Of a stretch of 64,000 bases of DNA, positions 50,640 through 63,640 are shown piece after piece. The notes under the pieces were generated by a model that was given only the letters and a program-made list of their open reading frames with translations, did no database searches and was not told where the DNA came from. The first letter of the stretch is position 1. Each line of letters starts with the position of its first letter. The translations under genes were made by a program, and so were the position numbers. The DNA is from Sphaerodactylus townsendi. Taxonomy: Eukaryota. Location of the stretch: the NCBI RefSeq assembly GCF_021028975.2, contig NC_059433.1, positions 2,480,001 to 2,544,000 of the forward strand, read 5' to 3'.

Positions 50640-52892
50640 CCCCACTGTCACCCGTACCCCTGGCACAATAGCTGGTGGGCCCAGCGCCACCAGCAAGGCC
50701 CACTGAGGGGTGCCACACCAGCCAGGACCTGAGGAGGGGGCCAGTCCAACCCCTGCCCCAGCTGTTCTGGGACTGCCAGGAGGAGTTCTGCTGCCCTTTG
50801 GGGTGTCCCGGGAGGGAACCAGCTGATAGTTGAAGGGGTCATTCAATGGGACTGAAGAGCAGCTCCACTACTTCATGATCCAGGCAGCAGGGTTCATGGA
50901 AGATTGGGGCCCTGTTTTCCTTTGGAGGTGAGCCATGTGCAATACATGGGGAAACTTCTAAAGGGAGAGGTGGCTATATGGTTTGTTGGACTTTTTGAAG
51001 GGGAGGCCCTTGAACTTCAGAAACTGGACGGGTTGATGTTGCTCCTGTAGCATCAGTTTGAAGACCCTGTGCAAGAAAAAACTTTGGTAGCCCAGTTACG
51101 AGTACACCTAAGGAAACAAAAAAAGTCCCTAATTACAGTGGTGGATTATGCTGTGGAATTCAGACATTTGGCCAGCCAAGAGAAGGGTTAGGCTGTGCCA
51201 GAAATGGTGCTTGTGAATGTTTTTAAAGATGGACAGGGAAGTTTTGCAGTGGACCATGATCCAGAATGATCCAGATATTCTGACTGACTGGATGTGAGAC
51301 CAGGACCGTTGGATTGTCCCCAGCTAAACCTGTAGATCCTTGGTGCTCCTGTAGTTTCTGGTTGGCGGGAGAGGCTGATGGGTGACTTCATGCCGTGAGG
51401 TGCTTGAAGCACAGGTCCCAATTTGAACCAGGTAGCTTGAGACTCGTCACAAGAGGGTCTCAGTTTGCATCTAAGTTTTGGCATTATTTTCTCAAGTTGG
51501 GAGTGGAACAGGCCCTAGGCTCTTCCTACCTTGTGGAAAGTGACAGTCAATCAGAGAGAGTAAAACAGATGCTAGAGCAATACTTACATTGCTATGTTAA
51601 TTAGTATCAGAATAGCTGGACTGTCTTGATCCCATTTGCTGAGTATTCCTATAATGATGCTGTTCATCAAATGCTGTTCATCAAAACACCAGATAATCCC
51701 CTTTTAAAGTGGGCTGTGGAAAAGAGGGGAATCCAATACAGTTTGTGGGGAGGGGGGTAGGCAGTGGGGCCCCCCAAAGATCTACAGGTTTAACTGAGGA
51801 CAATCCAACAGTCCTGGCCTCACATCCATGAGACTTTGTGTAAAGCTAAAGAGACATGTAAGTGCCTGGTCAACAGAAAGCAAAAAGACATCCATTTTGT
51901 AGTGGAAGATTTCATCTGTATCTTCACCAAGAATCTATGTTGTGCTCAACCCAGCCACAAAGTTGTGCGTATGATCAATGAATTGACTGGAGGTGAACTT
52001 GCCTAAAACTTTTCAGAGTGCTCATCCTGTTTAATTCCAGCCTCCTGAAACGGGTGCCACCTGCCGAACAGTGGCACCCTGAAGTAAAAGCTTCCCCTCC
52101 TTTTCTTGTGGATCAGAAACAGCACCATGAAGCTAATTGGGTGTTGGACTCTCACCTGCACAAAGGCCGCCTACAGTATTTAGTGGCTTGGAAATATTTT
52201 TCTGTGGGTGAAAATGAGTGGGTTGATGCATCTCATGTTATGGCCTCCCCATTTGATGTCAGAGTTCCACTGTAAATATCCTCACTGTCTAGGTCAGTGG
52301 TGGCGAACCTTTGGCACTCCAGATGTTATGGACTACAATTCCCATCAGCCCCTGCCAGCATGGCCAATTGGCCGTGTTGGTAGGGGAGGCTGATAGAGAG
52401 AGTGTATCCACTGGAGATGCCGCCCTGTTCCTAAGTAGTCCCCCTACGTTGTCTTTAGGGGGCAGTATGTCATAATTTGATTCTGCTATGTTTCACCTCC
52501 CGCCTGAGACCTGGGAACCTGTTCTGTTCAGACCCCCCTCCTCCACTCAGTTAAACTGCTTTCCTTTTTTTTTAGATGTGTTATCAGCTCATAGGCCATG
52601 TGCTATTGCAGCTCTCTCAACAGTGTGGAATGTAGGTTCTGACCTAGTGGGGAAGGCTGTTTCTCCTTCCAGCAGAGTGTGGGACTAGAGAGGTGCCATC
52701 CCCCTTTGGGAATTGGGTGGCCAGGGTGGAGTGACCGGACGTAGTTTTGCCACGGGGTATAATGGTGATTGCAATATTAGCTATGCTTAGTTCTGACAAT
52801 AGAAGTCTAAATGCTCATTTCCTGATCCTGTTTTATAATATAGAAATCAACTGAAACCAGAGCCTTGTTATTGATCAGACTGAGGTATGACA
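50640..52892 (+). mobile_element. Internally deleted chromovirus: gag, integrase, chromodomain, PPT, 3' LTR (52468-52892)
   Basis: gag FEDPVQ..DYAVEF; integrase RGSQFASKFW, SQSERVKQMLEQYLHCY; chromodomain VLDSH..KGRLQYLVAWK..NEWV; PPT tagggggcagta then TGTCA...TGACA. Confidence 0.85.
52295..52393. mobile_element. Partial palindromic hAT MITE
   Basis: cagtggtggcgaacc...actacaattcccatcagcccctgccagcatggccaattggcc. Confidence 0.85.
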
Positions 52893-52959
52893 ATTAACCC
52901 CACTCAAAAGATTTTACTGCAAAACTGGGGCATTTTCATGCTTATAGGAAGCAGTGTGT

Positions 52960-53727
52960 TTAAACAAGAACTTGGGATATGGGTGGACAATCAGGGTAAT
53001 GCAGCAACAAAAAAAGGCTAATGTGATCTTAGGGTGTATCAACAGAGGCATAAAATCCAAATCCCAAGATGCCATAGTCTTGCTATACACTGCTTTGGTC
53101 AGAGCACAGTTCAGGAGACCCCACTTCAAAGAGGATATAGCACAGGGGTCTGCAACCTGCGGCTCTCCAGATGTTCATGGACAACAATTCCCATCAGCCG
53201 CTGCCACCATGGCCAATTGGCCATGGTGGCGAAGGCTGATAAGTAGGTCCCACATCTGGAAAACTCTAACTAGGGAGACCTGAACCCTCTGATTCTACTT
53301 TAACACAGAAATGGAGGAGGTGTAGAGTAGAGTGATGAGGATGATCAGGGTCTTGGAGACCAAGCCCTATGACCATGGTGGCGAACCTTTGGCACTCCAG
53401 ATGTTATGGACTACAATTCCCAATTGGCCATGCTGGCAGGAGCTGATGGGAATTGTAGTCCATAACATCTGGAGTGCCAAAGGTTTACCACCACTGCCCT
53501 ATGAGGACTTGGAAATGTTTAGTCTAGAGAGGAGAAGATTGAGGAGGGGGGACATGACCGCTCTCTTTAGGTATTTGAAGAGCTGTCACTTAGAAGGAAG
53601 CTGTTCCTGTTGGCAGCAGAGGGAAGGACTCACGATTATGGGTATAAATTATGGACCAAAAGGTACTGGCTGGATGTTAGGTTTTTTTATGGTAAGAGTA
53701 GAAAAGTTGAATCAGCCGCCTTGGGAG
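52960..53727 (+). mobile_element. CR1 fragment with two MITE insertions (about 53142-53240 and 53373-53496)
   Basis: KKANVILGCINRGI, LYTALVR, MFSLERRRLR; MITE 53373-53496 has TSD ccctatga. Confidence 0.85.
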
Positions 53728-54299
53728 GTCATGGCCACTCCTGCTGTAGCTGACAGCTCATCTGAGAAAGAGTGAACTGAGCCTCGCAGAGAGACACCAG
53801 CTAAATCAGTAGAGCCTGAACCAGCACAGGCTTCTGGCTCAGAGCTAATTAGCAGGACCAAGGAAGATTCTAGCAGCTCTGGGTGTGCAGGTGTAAGTCG
53901 GCATTGCAGAAAGAGATTGAGAGTGATCTTAAAGGATAGGTACTGCTCAGCAAGACTGCAGGCAAGACATTACCCAGAGTCTTTCCAGGAGCAGTCCCTG
54001 TCAAGTAGCTTTGGGGAATAAAAGGCCTTTGGCAGGAACTACAGTTGTGGTTGCAAAGTGAATTCTATCTGAGGTTGTCTGCACATAACTGTTGTCTCCA
54101 GACCTGACTGACAACAAATGGGCTTCTGACCTTGATTTCTGGATTCTCCTGGTTGCTTTTTGTATTCCTGGCAATTGACTCCTGGCCTGATTAACTTCTC
54201 TTTGGATTCTCCCATGAACTTGGTTTCCTAGGACTTTGTTGAACTGCCAGTAGGCCAGCCCAGAACCTCCTCAGTACTGCATGTTGTTGTGGCAGAACA
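53727..54299 (+). mobile_element. Possible solo Gypsy LTR
   Basis: gtcatgg start, AATAAAAG TATA-like at about 54017, pyrimidine-rich U5, ends ggcagaaca. Confidence 0.35.
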
Positions 54300-54325
54300 C
54301 CAGCCCCACCCAGCCAGCACACACC

Positions 54326-54847
54326 AGCTGGTTCTACACAGGTAACTGGTTTATGGAACCCATGTCAGTTGCCTGTGCCGCTGTTTGCACAGCAGCTGCA
54401 GAGACCAGCCAGGATTGCTGGGATCTCGGCAGCAGGAGAACGGAGTGTTTTTATGCAAACTGCACAGCTGAGAATCCCCCACCAGAGAATCCTCCACCCC
54501 AAAATCCACCCCTTTGAGAATCTCCCCACCTACCTGCATGGTATGGTGGCTGTTTATTAGAGAATCTACTGTAATGGTAGCTGCCTGGGAGTCCACCATA
54601 CTGGTGGATGAAAAGGGGTGGGAATTGAATGCTTCCTGTTTGCTGCAGTTCACAGAGACAAACAGGAAGTATTTGAAACCTGGGTTAAAGGAAAAAAGTT
54701 GCTAATTTAGTGGCTTTCATTTAACCCGGGTTCTGGCAAATAGTACACATTAGAAGTGTTTGGGGGGTGAGCTCTGTGGGAATGCCGACCTCCCAGTGTT
54801 TTTGAAAAGGGCCTCAACCCATTCTGTTGGCCTGTGCAGAATCAGCC
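54326..54847. mobile_element. Harbinger-like MITE
   Basis: TIRs gctggttctacacagg / cctgtgcagaatcagc. Confidence 0.55.
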
Positions 54848-54966
54848 GCCAATCCCTTTTTTAAAAAATGCACAATCTACTGTAGTTGCTCAAAAGATGA
54901 TGAAATGTTATACAAAAAACAAATAACTACTACTGGACATAGCAGTAATTTATAAGTGGATGTAAT

Positions 54967-55827
54967 TGTCAGGACCATGCCTGTCAGTATCTTGATGTCT
55001 TGCTGTGTGTGATTTGCAATTGTTTTCTTGTTTCCCTCTTCCCTTCCCAGCAATCTCCTGTTAGCAATCTCCTGGTGCCAGCCCATCTTCAAAGAGGTGT
55101 GAAAGGTTCCCAGGTTCTTTGTAGTAGAAACTGAAATGGACATTTGGTGTGGGGCGAAACAGGGGGGGGGATTAAAAGATATAAGTCCTGGATCTGAGCA
55201 CTCTAGCTCAGATCCTGCTTTACATTGTTACTCTTCACATCACCTGGAATAAACTGCTTTTGGACTTTCCTACGGTCTCTGTTATTTCCACGTTCAAGAG
55301 TCTGACATTAAGCAGGATCTCCCAGTTTGGCTCGCACTCAAATCCATGGCTGGCAAGGATGGAGCAACAGGCGGGTCCCCGGCTGGCGAACCTGATGAGG
55401 GAACGGGGTGAGTTCCAGACAAGGACAAGATGCCTCGCAACCCAGACTTAGGAGATGAGGAGAAGGATGCTCCCGTCCCCGACTGACACGATCCTCACTT
55501 GGGTGCTGCACGAAGCGCCAGCAGTGAGGAGAGCATGGGAGCATGGGATCACCCTATTCTTGGGACCCCTCTTGGGACCCAAGGTGGCTGGGCAGCGTGA
55601 GTCCACTTGGCTCATGCAACCCATGGACCAGGACATTTACTCGGAGTGGGACCCAGCGGCACAAAGCGAGTGGTCATGGGTCCAGGCAGGGGCGTGGGCC
55701 CCTGAGCGAGGCGTGGTGTCCTGGTGGTGGGAGCAAGATGAGATGCGGCAGGAGATACACTTCCTACGGTGCAACATGGAACTCCTCTTAGCCTGCCCCG
55801 AGGCAGCAGAGTGGGATCGCCAGGATC
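54967..55827 (+). mobile_element. Gypsy element D: 5' LTR (54967-55307), PBS, gag N-terminus; truncated
   Basis: TGTCAG...CTGACA, TATAA at 55180, AATAAA at 55248, self-complementary PBS at 55310-55320. Confidence 0.85.
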
Positions 55828-58800
55828 CGTAAAGTAATCTGTACCTGTCCCATACTTTTATTAATGGTTTTCTTACATAATGTTGGTTAAATGTTCTGTA
55901 TTTTTTATTCTCATCTAATAACCAAAGTCTTTCGTGCCAGCCATAATTAAGATAGTAATTTTCAAGATTTAGAATATTAGTGTTGGTCAGATCAATCCAG
56001 TCCTTTATCCAGGTTAATGACTTTGCTACATAATACAAATATATATCGGGCAAAGACAAACCTCTCCTTTCCTGGAAATCATTATTTTATATTTAACTCG
56101 GGGTTTCCTACCACACCAGATAAATTTGTTGATGTCTCTTTTCCATTCTTTAAAAGGTTTTAGGTTATCTATGAATGGGATAGATTGTAATAAATACATC
56201 AGTTTAGGTAAGATTGCCATTTTAACCAATGCAACTTTTCCTAAGATGGATATGTTAAGTTTAGCCCATTTACTCAAATCTTGTTTCAGTTTTTTCCATA
56301 GTCGATCATAGTTATTCCTATAAATATCACGATTATTTTTTGATAAGATGATCCCCAAATATTTAGTTTCCTAAACTATTTTGCAACCTGAAATCTCTGC
56401 CAGTTGGGTTTCTTCTTTTTTATTCAAATTAAATGCTAGGATTTTTGTTTTTGTTTTGTTAATAGTAAAACCTGCCAGGTTACCTAATTCTTCTATCACC
56501 TGCCAGAGATATTGGATTTTATTTACTGGGTCATCAAGTATGATCAAAGTATCACTGGCGAATGCCTGTATTTTATCGTTTACTCCCCCAATTTTTAGTC
56601 CTTCCAATTTTTTGTCTTGTCTAATATTTTGTAATAACAATTCTAAGACCCAAATAAATAATTGGGGGGAAAGTGGGCAGCCTTGTCTTGTGCCTCTCTA
56701 TATATTAAATTCATTTTCTGCATCACCATTTATTTTTAATGTGGCCTTTTGAACTCTATATATTGATTTGATCATATTCAAAAAATTACCATTTACACCT
56801 ATTTTTTCTAATAATTTAAACATGAATAACCAGTTAATTTTATCGAAGGCCTTTTCGGCATCTAGAAAAATAAGGGCATGTTTATTTGATTTAGAATTTA
56901 AGAACTCAATAATGTCGATAACTGTTCTGAGATTATTTTTACTGTGTCTATTTGGAAGAAAGCCTCTCTCCTTTTATCCATTTTATAGATAGCTTTTTTA
57001 ATCTCTCTGACATTATTGATGTTAGTATCTTGTAGTCAATATTTAGTAAACTAATAGCCCTAAATTTATCTACTTCTGGTATTTCATCTGAAGTTTTAGG
57101 AATTAATATATGATTTCTTTTCCAGGTCTCTGGTATTTTTTAAGATGAGATTATGTTGTTAAATAATTCAGTAAGTATGGTCAAATTCTCTTCCTTATAC
57201 GTTTTGTTAAAAAGTGAAGTAAAGCCATCTGGCCCTGGTGATTTATTCAATTTTAATTTGTCAATTGTTTGTTCAATTTCTATTTTTTTAAATGGGCAAT
57301 TCAACCCGTCAAGATCTTCTTGGGGTATATTTATAGGTTTATGGCAATCTAGATATTTATCTATCTTCTGTTCTGATATGTCAATTCTTTGGTATAGCTT
57401 GGAATAGTATTCATTTCGTTCCTTTGCTATTTCCCCCGGGTCTGTTATGTTTATTCCATCTTTTTTATTATATTAATATTCCTATTTTCATTTATTTCTC
57501 TTATTTTTGATGAAAGCCATTTCCCCGATTTGTTAGCCTGGGTGTAGTTGCGTTGTTTAATCCGTCTTAAATTTTGCATTAAAGTTCTTCTATTTTCTCT
57601 TCTAATTGTTCTCTTATTAATTTTATATTCTTTCCCAATTTTTTATTTAGGGGATTCTTTTGAAATTCTAATTCTAAATTTTTAAGGTCTGTCCATAATT
57701 TTTGTTCTGTTGATTTCCAGATTTTTTTCTGTTTTATTTCTTGGCTTATATATAAGCCTCTCATAGTAGCTTTGAATGCATCCCAAGATATATTTAAATT
57801 ATCTATGGAATTTTTATTTAAATCCCAAAAGTCATAGATTGCTGTTTTAGCTTTTTTATAATGTTCTTCCATTTTTACTAACCAATTTTTTAATTTCCAT
57901 AATCTGGATTTCTTCCTCATTCCAATAACTATTTCAATTGCATTATGGTCTGACAAAAACTTTGGCAAGGTCTTTATATCTGTAATTTGTTGGGATAACC
58001 TTCCTGTTGCTCATACCATATCCAATCTTGTATGGATTTTATGTCTGTAAGAATAAAAAGTAAAGTCCCTAGAGTTTCCATTTTTAAGTCTCCATACATC
58101 CTTCACTTTGACTTTCAACACTAAACGGAAAAAAGACTTTGGAAGGACATTGTGTCTCTTTTTAAATCTGTTTTTACTTTGTTTTGTTTCTTTCCTGTCT
58201 AGTTCAGGGATTATCAGACCATTGAAGTCACCTATTATTAATAAGTTGTCATCTGTAAATTCTAGTAGCTTGTTGAGTAGATTGGAATAGTAATTATTTT
58301 TCTTATTTGATTCTGTTGGGGCATATATTCCCACCAATATAGTTTTTTCACCCCCTAGTAGGATTTCAATTATGAGGGTTCTTCCATCACTATCTGTGAA
58401 AAGTAATTTGGGGTTCAGGTTTTCCTTAACATAAAATAAAACTCCCCCCCTTTTTTCTTACTAGATGGATGAAAGACTTTCCCCAGAGTATCTTTCTTTA
58501 ACAACCCCACATCTTTTTCCTTGATATGTGTTTCTTGAAGACAAATTATGTCATAGTTTCTTTTTTCAAATATTGGAACACCTCTCTCCTTTTCCTAGGG
58601 TTGTTAAGACCATTCACATTGTTGGAGTATATTTTACAATTCATATTTACCTCTAACTATAAAGAGTGATGAAATAATAATAGTATACAATCGACAATAC
58701 CCCACAAAAATTAATTAATCTTTCTCTGGTACATTCCGCCTTTATAGTAAATTCTCAAATAATAAATTAATTAATAAGGCTTACCCGGACCTGTGACCTT

Positions 58801-59780
58801 ATATTCATAATAAATTTTGTGAGTTTCCAGAAAGTTTTGCGCTTTCTCTACCGAGTTAATGAGAACTCTTGTCTCCTGAAAAGTAAATGATAGGCCATCT
58901 AACAATTCCCATCTAAATACAATTTGGTTTCTTCTCAAAACATCAACCAGAAACTGGTAGTCTTTCCTTTTCCTTAAAATATTTCAACCAGTATATGTGC
59001 TAATTTGAGGGCAGGTCTTCTCCCTTTTCTTCTTTAAGTCCTCTTATATGCAACATTTTTTTCTTTTTGTTTTAAGTCCATCAATGCAATGGTGTTTTGG
59101 TATCCTTCCACCTGTTTCTGTAAGATCTCATATTTGTTGTTTACCTCTAGTTGATCTTGGTTGTTTTTTAGAATCTCTTCAATTTGGCCTATAGAGCTCT
59201 CCATTTGTTTGATCTGGTTAATTTCCATTTTCATGTCTTGGAGTTCCATATCTATTTTGTTGAATCTGTCCTTAGCATCTTTGTCTAATTTATTGAATCT
59301 TTTTTCCGCATCAGTATCAAGCTTGTCCAGTTTTTCTTTAGTATCTTTCTGAAAAGTTGTTATTAGATCTATAAGATGTTCCATTTTAGGATCTGTGGTT
59401 GTCTTTTCTGATGTTCTTGTTTCTGTGGCTACAATTCCATTGCCATTAGTTTTTGTCTTTCTTGTGGCCATTAAGAATTAAGTCTCTTATAAATTCCTAA
59501 ATGTCTTTCCACAGCTCACTAATAATAAATTTCAAGAAAACAGTCCGTTTAAAAAAAGAAAACCTACTAGACAAAGCCTTTGTCAACAACAAAACAATAG
59601 GAAACTCTACTCTTAACTTTAAAAAATATTTTTGTTTTGTGGATTCCCTGGCTCACCACTCAAAACTTTCCGCACAGGTCCGTTGCATTATTGTAATCAC
59701 ACTCTCATCTTGCACTTCCTGACTGTCTAGGAGTTACCCTTTCTGTCATTTGTCTTCCTCTCCCCAGCTGGAAGTGATTG
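55828..59780 (-). mobile_element. Second L1 family: 5'UTR, ORF1 (59471 to about 58790, internally deleted), ORF2 (58644-55828), 3'-truncated
   Basis: Coiled-coil ORF1 59034-59471; NNVNGLN, LQETH, GIYAPT, GDFN, RLDM, SDHN, KSPGPDG, DAEKAFD, GTRQGCPLSP. Confidence 0.95.
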
Positions 59781-59793
59781 TATACTATGCTAC

Positions 59794-60502
59794 TGTTACC
59801 ACTGTGGCTCGGGTAACAATAAGTGATTTCAGCTCAGCAACGTTATGAGGCGCAGGAAGCCGATGATCTTCTAAGCACAAAGATTTTATTCAGAGATGGT
59901 GGTCACAGCTCGGGCAGGAGAATCGCATGCTTGCAACCAAGTACAAGGACTTTTATTCTCAAACTTCAAAGGGGCAAAGGGGCAGGTAGAAAGCGGGAGG
60001 TGAGGGGGCAAGCCCCTCACCAAACACCAATAAGAAAACAACAATACAAAAGCAAGATACAATTACAACTTTGAATGGGATCATGAAATCCCTCTGTCAA
60101 AAGTAGTCCTGTGAGATCTTGCAGTGGTGCTGAAAGGAAAGCCAATAAGGTCCATTCAGGAAATCTAGGTGAGCTCGCTACAGCACCCAGCTATCTTCTT
60201 TATTAGATGGCTGTTTCCTTCAGTAATGCCCTAAGGCTCCCGCTCCTCATCTTTACAACAAAGAAAAGTTCAAACTGTCCAATGGTAGTCCCTGCACGTC
60301 TTCCAATGGCTGGGGACCTCTGGGTGCTGCCAGCAGATTTGATTTGCAAGTCCAAAGGGGTCTTTGTCTTTGCTAAGGAGTCGGCTGGGTGTTGGTCTAA
60401 GCAGCATTCCAGAGACAAGGAAGTTGCTAAGGAGTTGGCTGGGTGTTGGTCTAAGCAGCATTCCAGAGTCAACTTCCTTGTCTCTTAATATCAGCCTCTA
60501 CA
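59794..60502 (-). mobile_element. Probable ERV-type solo LTR
   Basis: TGTAG...TAACA ends on minus strand, AATAAA at about 59885, TATA-like AATAAAAG at about 59960, duplicated U3 block; flanks tgctac / agctac (5 of 6 match). Confidence 0.55.
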
Positions 60503-62084
60503 AGCTACTGCTTTTGCTGACAAACACAAATCTTAAAAATAACATTTTAAACTTAAACATTAGAGAACATAGTACAATACAGACACATAAGACTCTCCTA
60601 GATTAACAGTCACCAAACCTTAAGCTAACTGGGGAACCTAGTCAAACTAAAATCCTAAACAGCGGGCAAATCATAAATCCAACTCTAAAGGAGCTTTTAT
60701 TACATCTTAGGAGGGCATAAACAAGAGGGAGACCATATAGCATTGGCATAATCACACGTTCATGACCTTTGCAAGCCTTATGGAGGCTTCTGAGCCACAC
60801 AAGTCTCTGCGTCCTGGCATGGAGCCAGTGTAGTCATATAACTTGACTCAGAAAAATATTCTGTTTATTTTCCTGGGTGGTAACACTACTAGAAACACGT
60901 CCATACAGCCCAGAAACCACACAACCCCCCCCCCATTTGGGGGATAATTGTCATGTTTTTCAAAGAGATGCCAGCTCACCTTTCTAAGACCTGTGTGCAT
61001 TTCAGCTGAACTCTGGGCAGACAGGTACAGAGTGGCTGCAAAAACATTTGACAGGGAGGGAGGCTGGAGATTAGTAAGTGTTTCCTGATGGACAGCATCC
61101 TCCTCTTTAGACACAAACAGGTTGATTTTATGCAACCTGGTGCCCTAGCTATGCAGCATTAAACAGCGAATGCATTTCTTAACGTAGCTGGCAGAAGAGG
61201 GGAGGGGTCTGTCAGGGACCTTGCAAAATTAGCATGGAAACAAATCACTGGGACATAACACTGACATCCTTCATGAGAAAAATATGTGCAAATTGTCAAC
61301 CACTGCCCAGTGTGCTTGACTGGTATGGTGTCATTTGGGATTCTTTTTTAACAAAGAATGGGGGTGGGGGGTAGCAGAGGGATGTTTCCATCTTGGCTTC
61401 CCCTGCAGATGAATTAAGCAGCAGAAGGTCATACCCAAGCTCAGAATAAGCAAATGGTGCAGGAAAGTCATTAAGTGCACTGATTCTCCAAGGCTGTAAT
61501 TCCAAGGCTGTAATTACTTGCAATGACTAATTGGTCAGTCAATATTTTGATGATGATCAACTTTACGCCATTCAGAAAAAGGACTGGAACATGTCAGTAG
61601 ATGTCAACTTGATGGATTTTGCAATTCCAGAAGCAGGCAGAGAACATTCCAACAATACCATTTGCTCTTTTATTGACTCCTGGAAATTGTTAGCAGGGCA
61701 CCTGGATGGTTTTTTGCATGTCCTGGTGTTGGAAGGCGCTTGGCTCTTCTGCTAATTCATTTGTAAAGAAGCCAGTGGGAAGTAGAGAAATCCATCAAAG
61801 AAAAGTAGAATGGAAAGACACTGAGGCAACTCCAGTAATCTATAACCATTTCCACGAGGTAACCTGCTTCTCAGGATTATTCCATTTCTATTGAGACATA
61901 CCAGTAAGAAAAGTGCCCTTTCTCATTAAGCACTATGAAACTCTTATTAGGACCTAATTCACTTAAATGATAAGAGAAGGGGGAAACCCATGAATATCTT
62001 CTGGGAGGGTTTGGTGGATGGGGGCTGTTAGAGAACAAGGACATTCCCTAGTCCATCTTGGTTTCTAATGGTAATTATGCAGGT

Positions 62085-63640
62085 TATTTATTTATTTATT
62101 AAATTTATGTTCCATCCTCCCGAACCAAAGACAAGCTCAGGGCAGTGTGCAAGTGTGTTTAAAAACAATTTAACTCATACATGAGCCCTTCGGGTGAGGG
62201 CAGTATACAAATCCAATTAATCAAGCAAGCAAGCAAGCAAGCAATCAATCAAAGAAAACAGACAGATGTTAAAAAATAATCCAAGAAGGCAATCACAAGG
62301 TAGCCTGTAAAAGCAGCCAAACTCAGGCATAAGTCCTCATTTAAGCACTGTCCAAGTATGGGCAGAGTTAAGGCTGGGCAGCGTTGAATGGCAATGTGTT
62401 GACAATATGGTCATAGTTGCAGTTGTATTTGTAGGAAGGCTGGCAGATGACAGATGACATTGCAATGCATGGGTGGCCCCAACCAAAGGCCTGGTGGAAC
62501 ATCTCTGTCTTATAGGCCTTGCAAACTGTTTAAAATCCCGCAGGGCCCTGGTCTCAGCTGTCGGAGAGTTCCAGCAGGCTGGAGCCAGGGCAGAAAAGGT
62601 CCTGACTGTGGTCAGGGCCAATTATACTTCCCTGGGCCAGGGACCACCAGATTTTTATCAGAGGATCTAAGCATCCTCTGGGAGCAATATGGGGTGAGGC
62701 AATTCCACAGATATGAGGATCCCAAACCGGTCAGAATCTTGAAGGTTATAACCAAAACCTTGAATCTGATTTGGAATTCCACTGGCAACCAGTGCAGCTG
62801 CCGAAACACAGACGTTATGTGCTTTCTCACTGATATATCAGTCAGAAGTCTAGTATCTGCATTCTGGACCAGTGTTAGTTTCTGAGTCAGTCTCAAAGGC
62901 AGACCCACACAAAGCAAGTTACAGTAGCCTAGCCTACTGTCTCATGGATCACTGTGGCTAAGTCAGAGTCAGGGGCCAACTGCCTAGCCCTGTGGTGGCA
63001 AATCTATGGCACTCCAGATGTTCATGGACTACAATTCCCATCAGCCCCTGCCAGCATGGCCAATTGGTTCGCCACCATGTCAAAGATGGTAAAAGGCAAT
63101 CTTTGCCATGTTGGTAACTTGGGCCTCCATAGAGAGGGAGAGCTCCAAAGTCACACTCAGGCTTTTTCCAGATGCAGCTGAATGTAATGCTGCATTGCCA
63201 AAACTTGGCAGGTGGAAGCCCTCCACTGGAAGCCCTCCCGCCCGAACCCAACCACAAGACCGACATCTATGATGGGTTTTGTTTCAGTCTACTCTTTTCC
63301 AAGCAACCAGTAATGGCCTCCAGACACTGTGTGAAAACATCTGAGCGGTGGCCAGCAAACCCTCTGGCAACAGAACAAGCTAAGTGTCATTCTCACATTG
63401 GTGACAACTCAGTTCAAAGCTCCAAAGAAGCTGTGCCAGGGGCAGCATGTAGGTGTGAAACAACATGGGGGACAGGATAGCCCCTTGTGGAACACCAGTG
63501 GATGCCTCTGAGACATCCCCCACTGCCCACGCATCACCTGCCGTCCCCCGTCCTGGAGAAATGAAGACAACCACTTCAAGGCTGAACCTTGAATTCCAGC
63601 ATCAGCAAGGCAGTCAATCAAGGAAAAAAGCAGATTCTGA
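62085..63640 (-). mobile_element. L2 LINE 3' part with MITE at 62990-63079
   Basis: GVPQGAILSPMLF, VQNADTRLL, HITSVFRQLHWLPVEF..FKVL. Confidence 0.85.
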
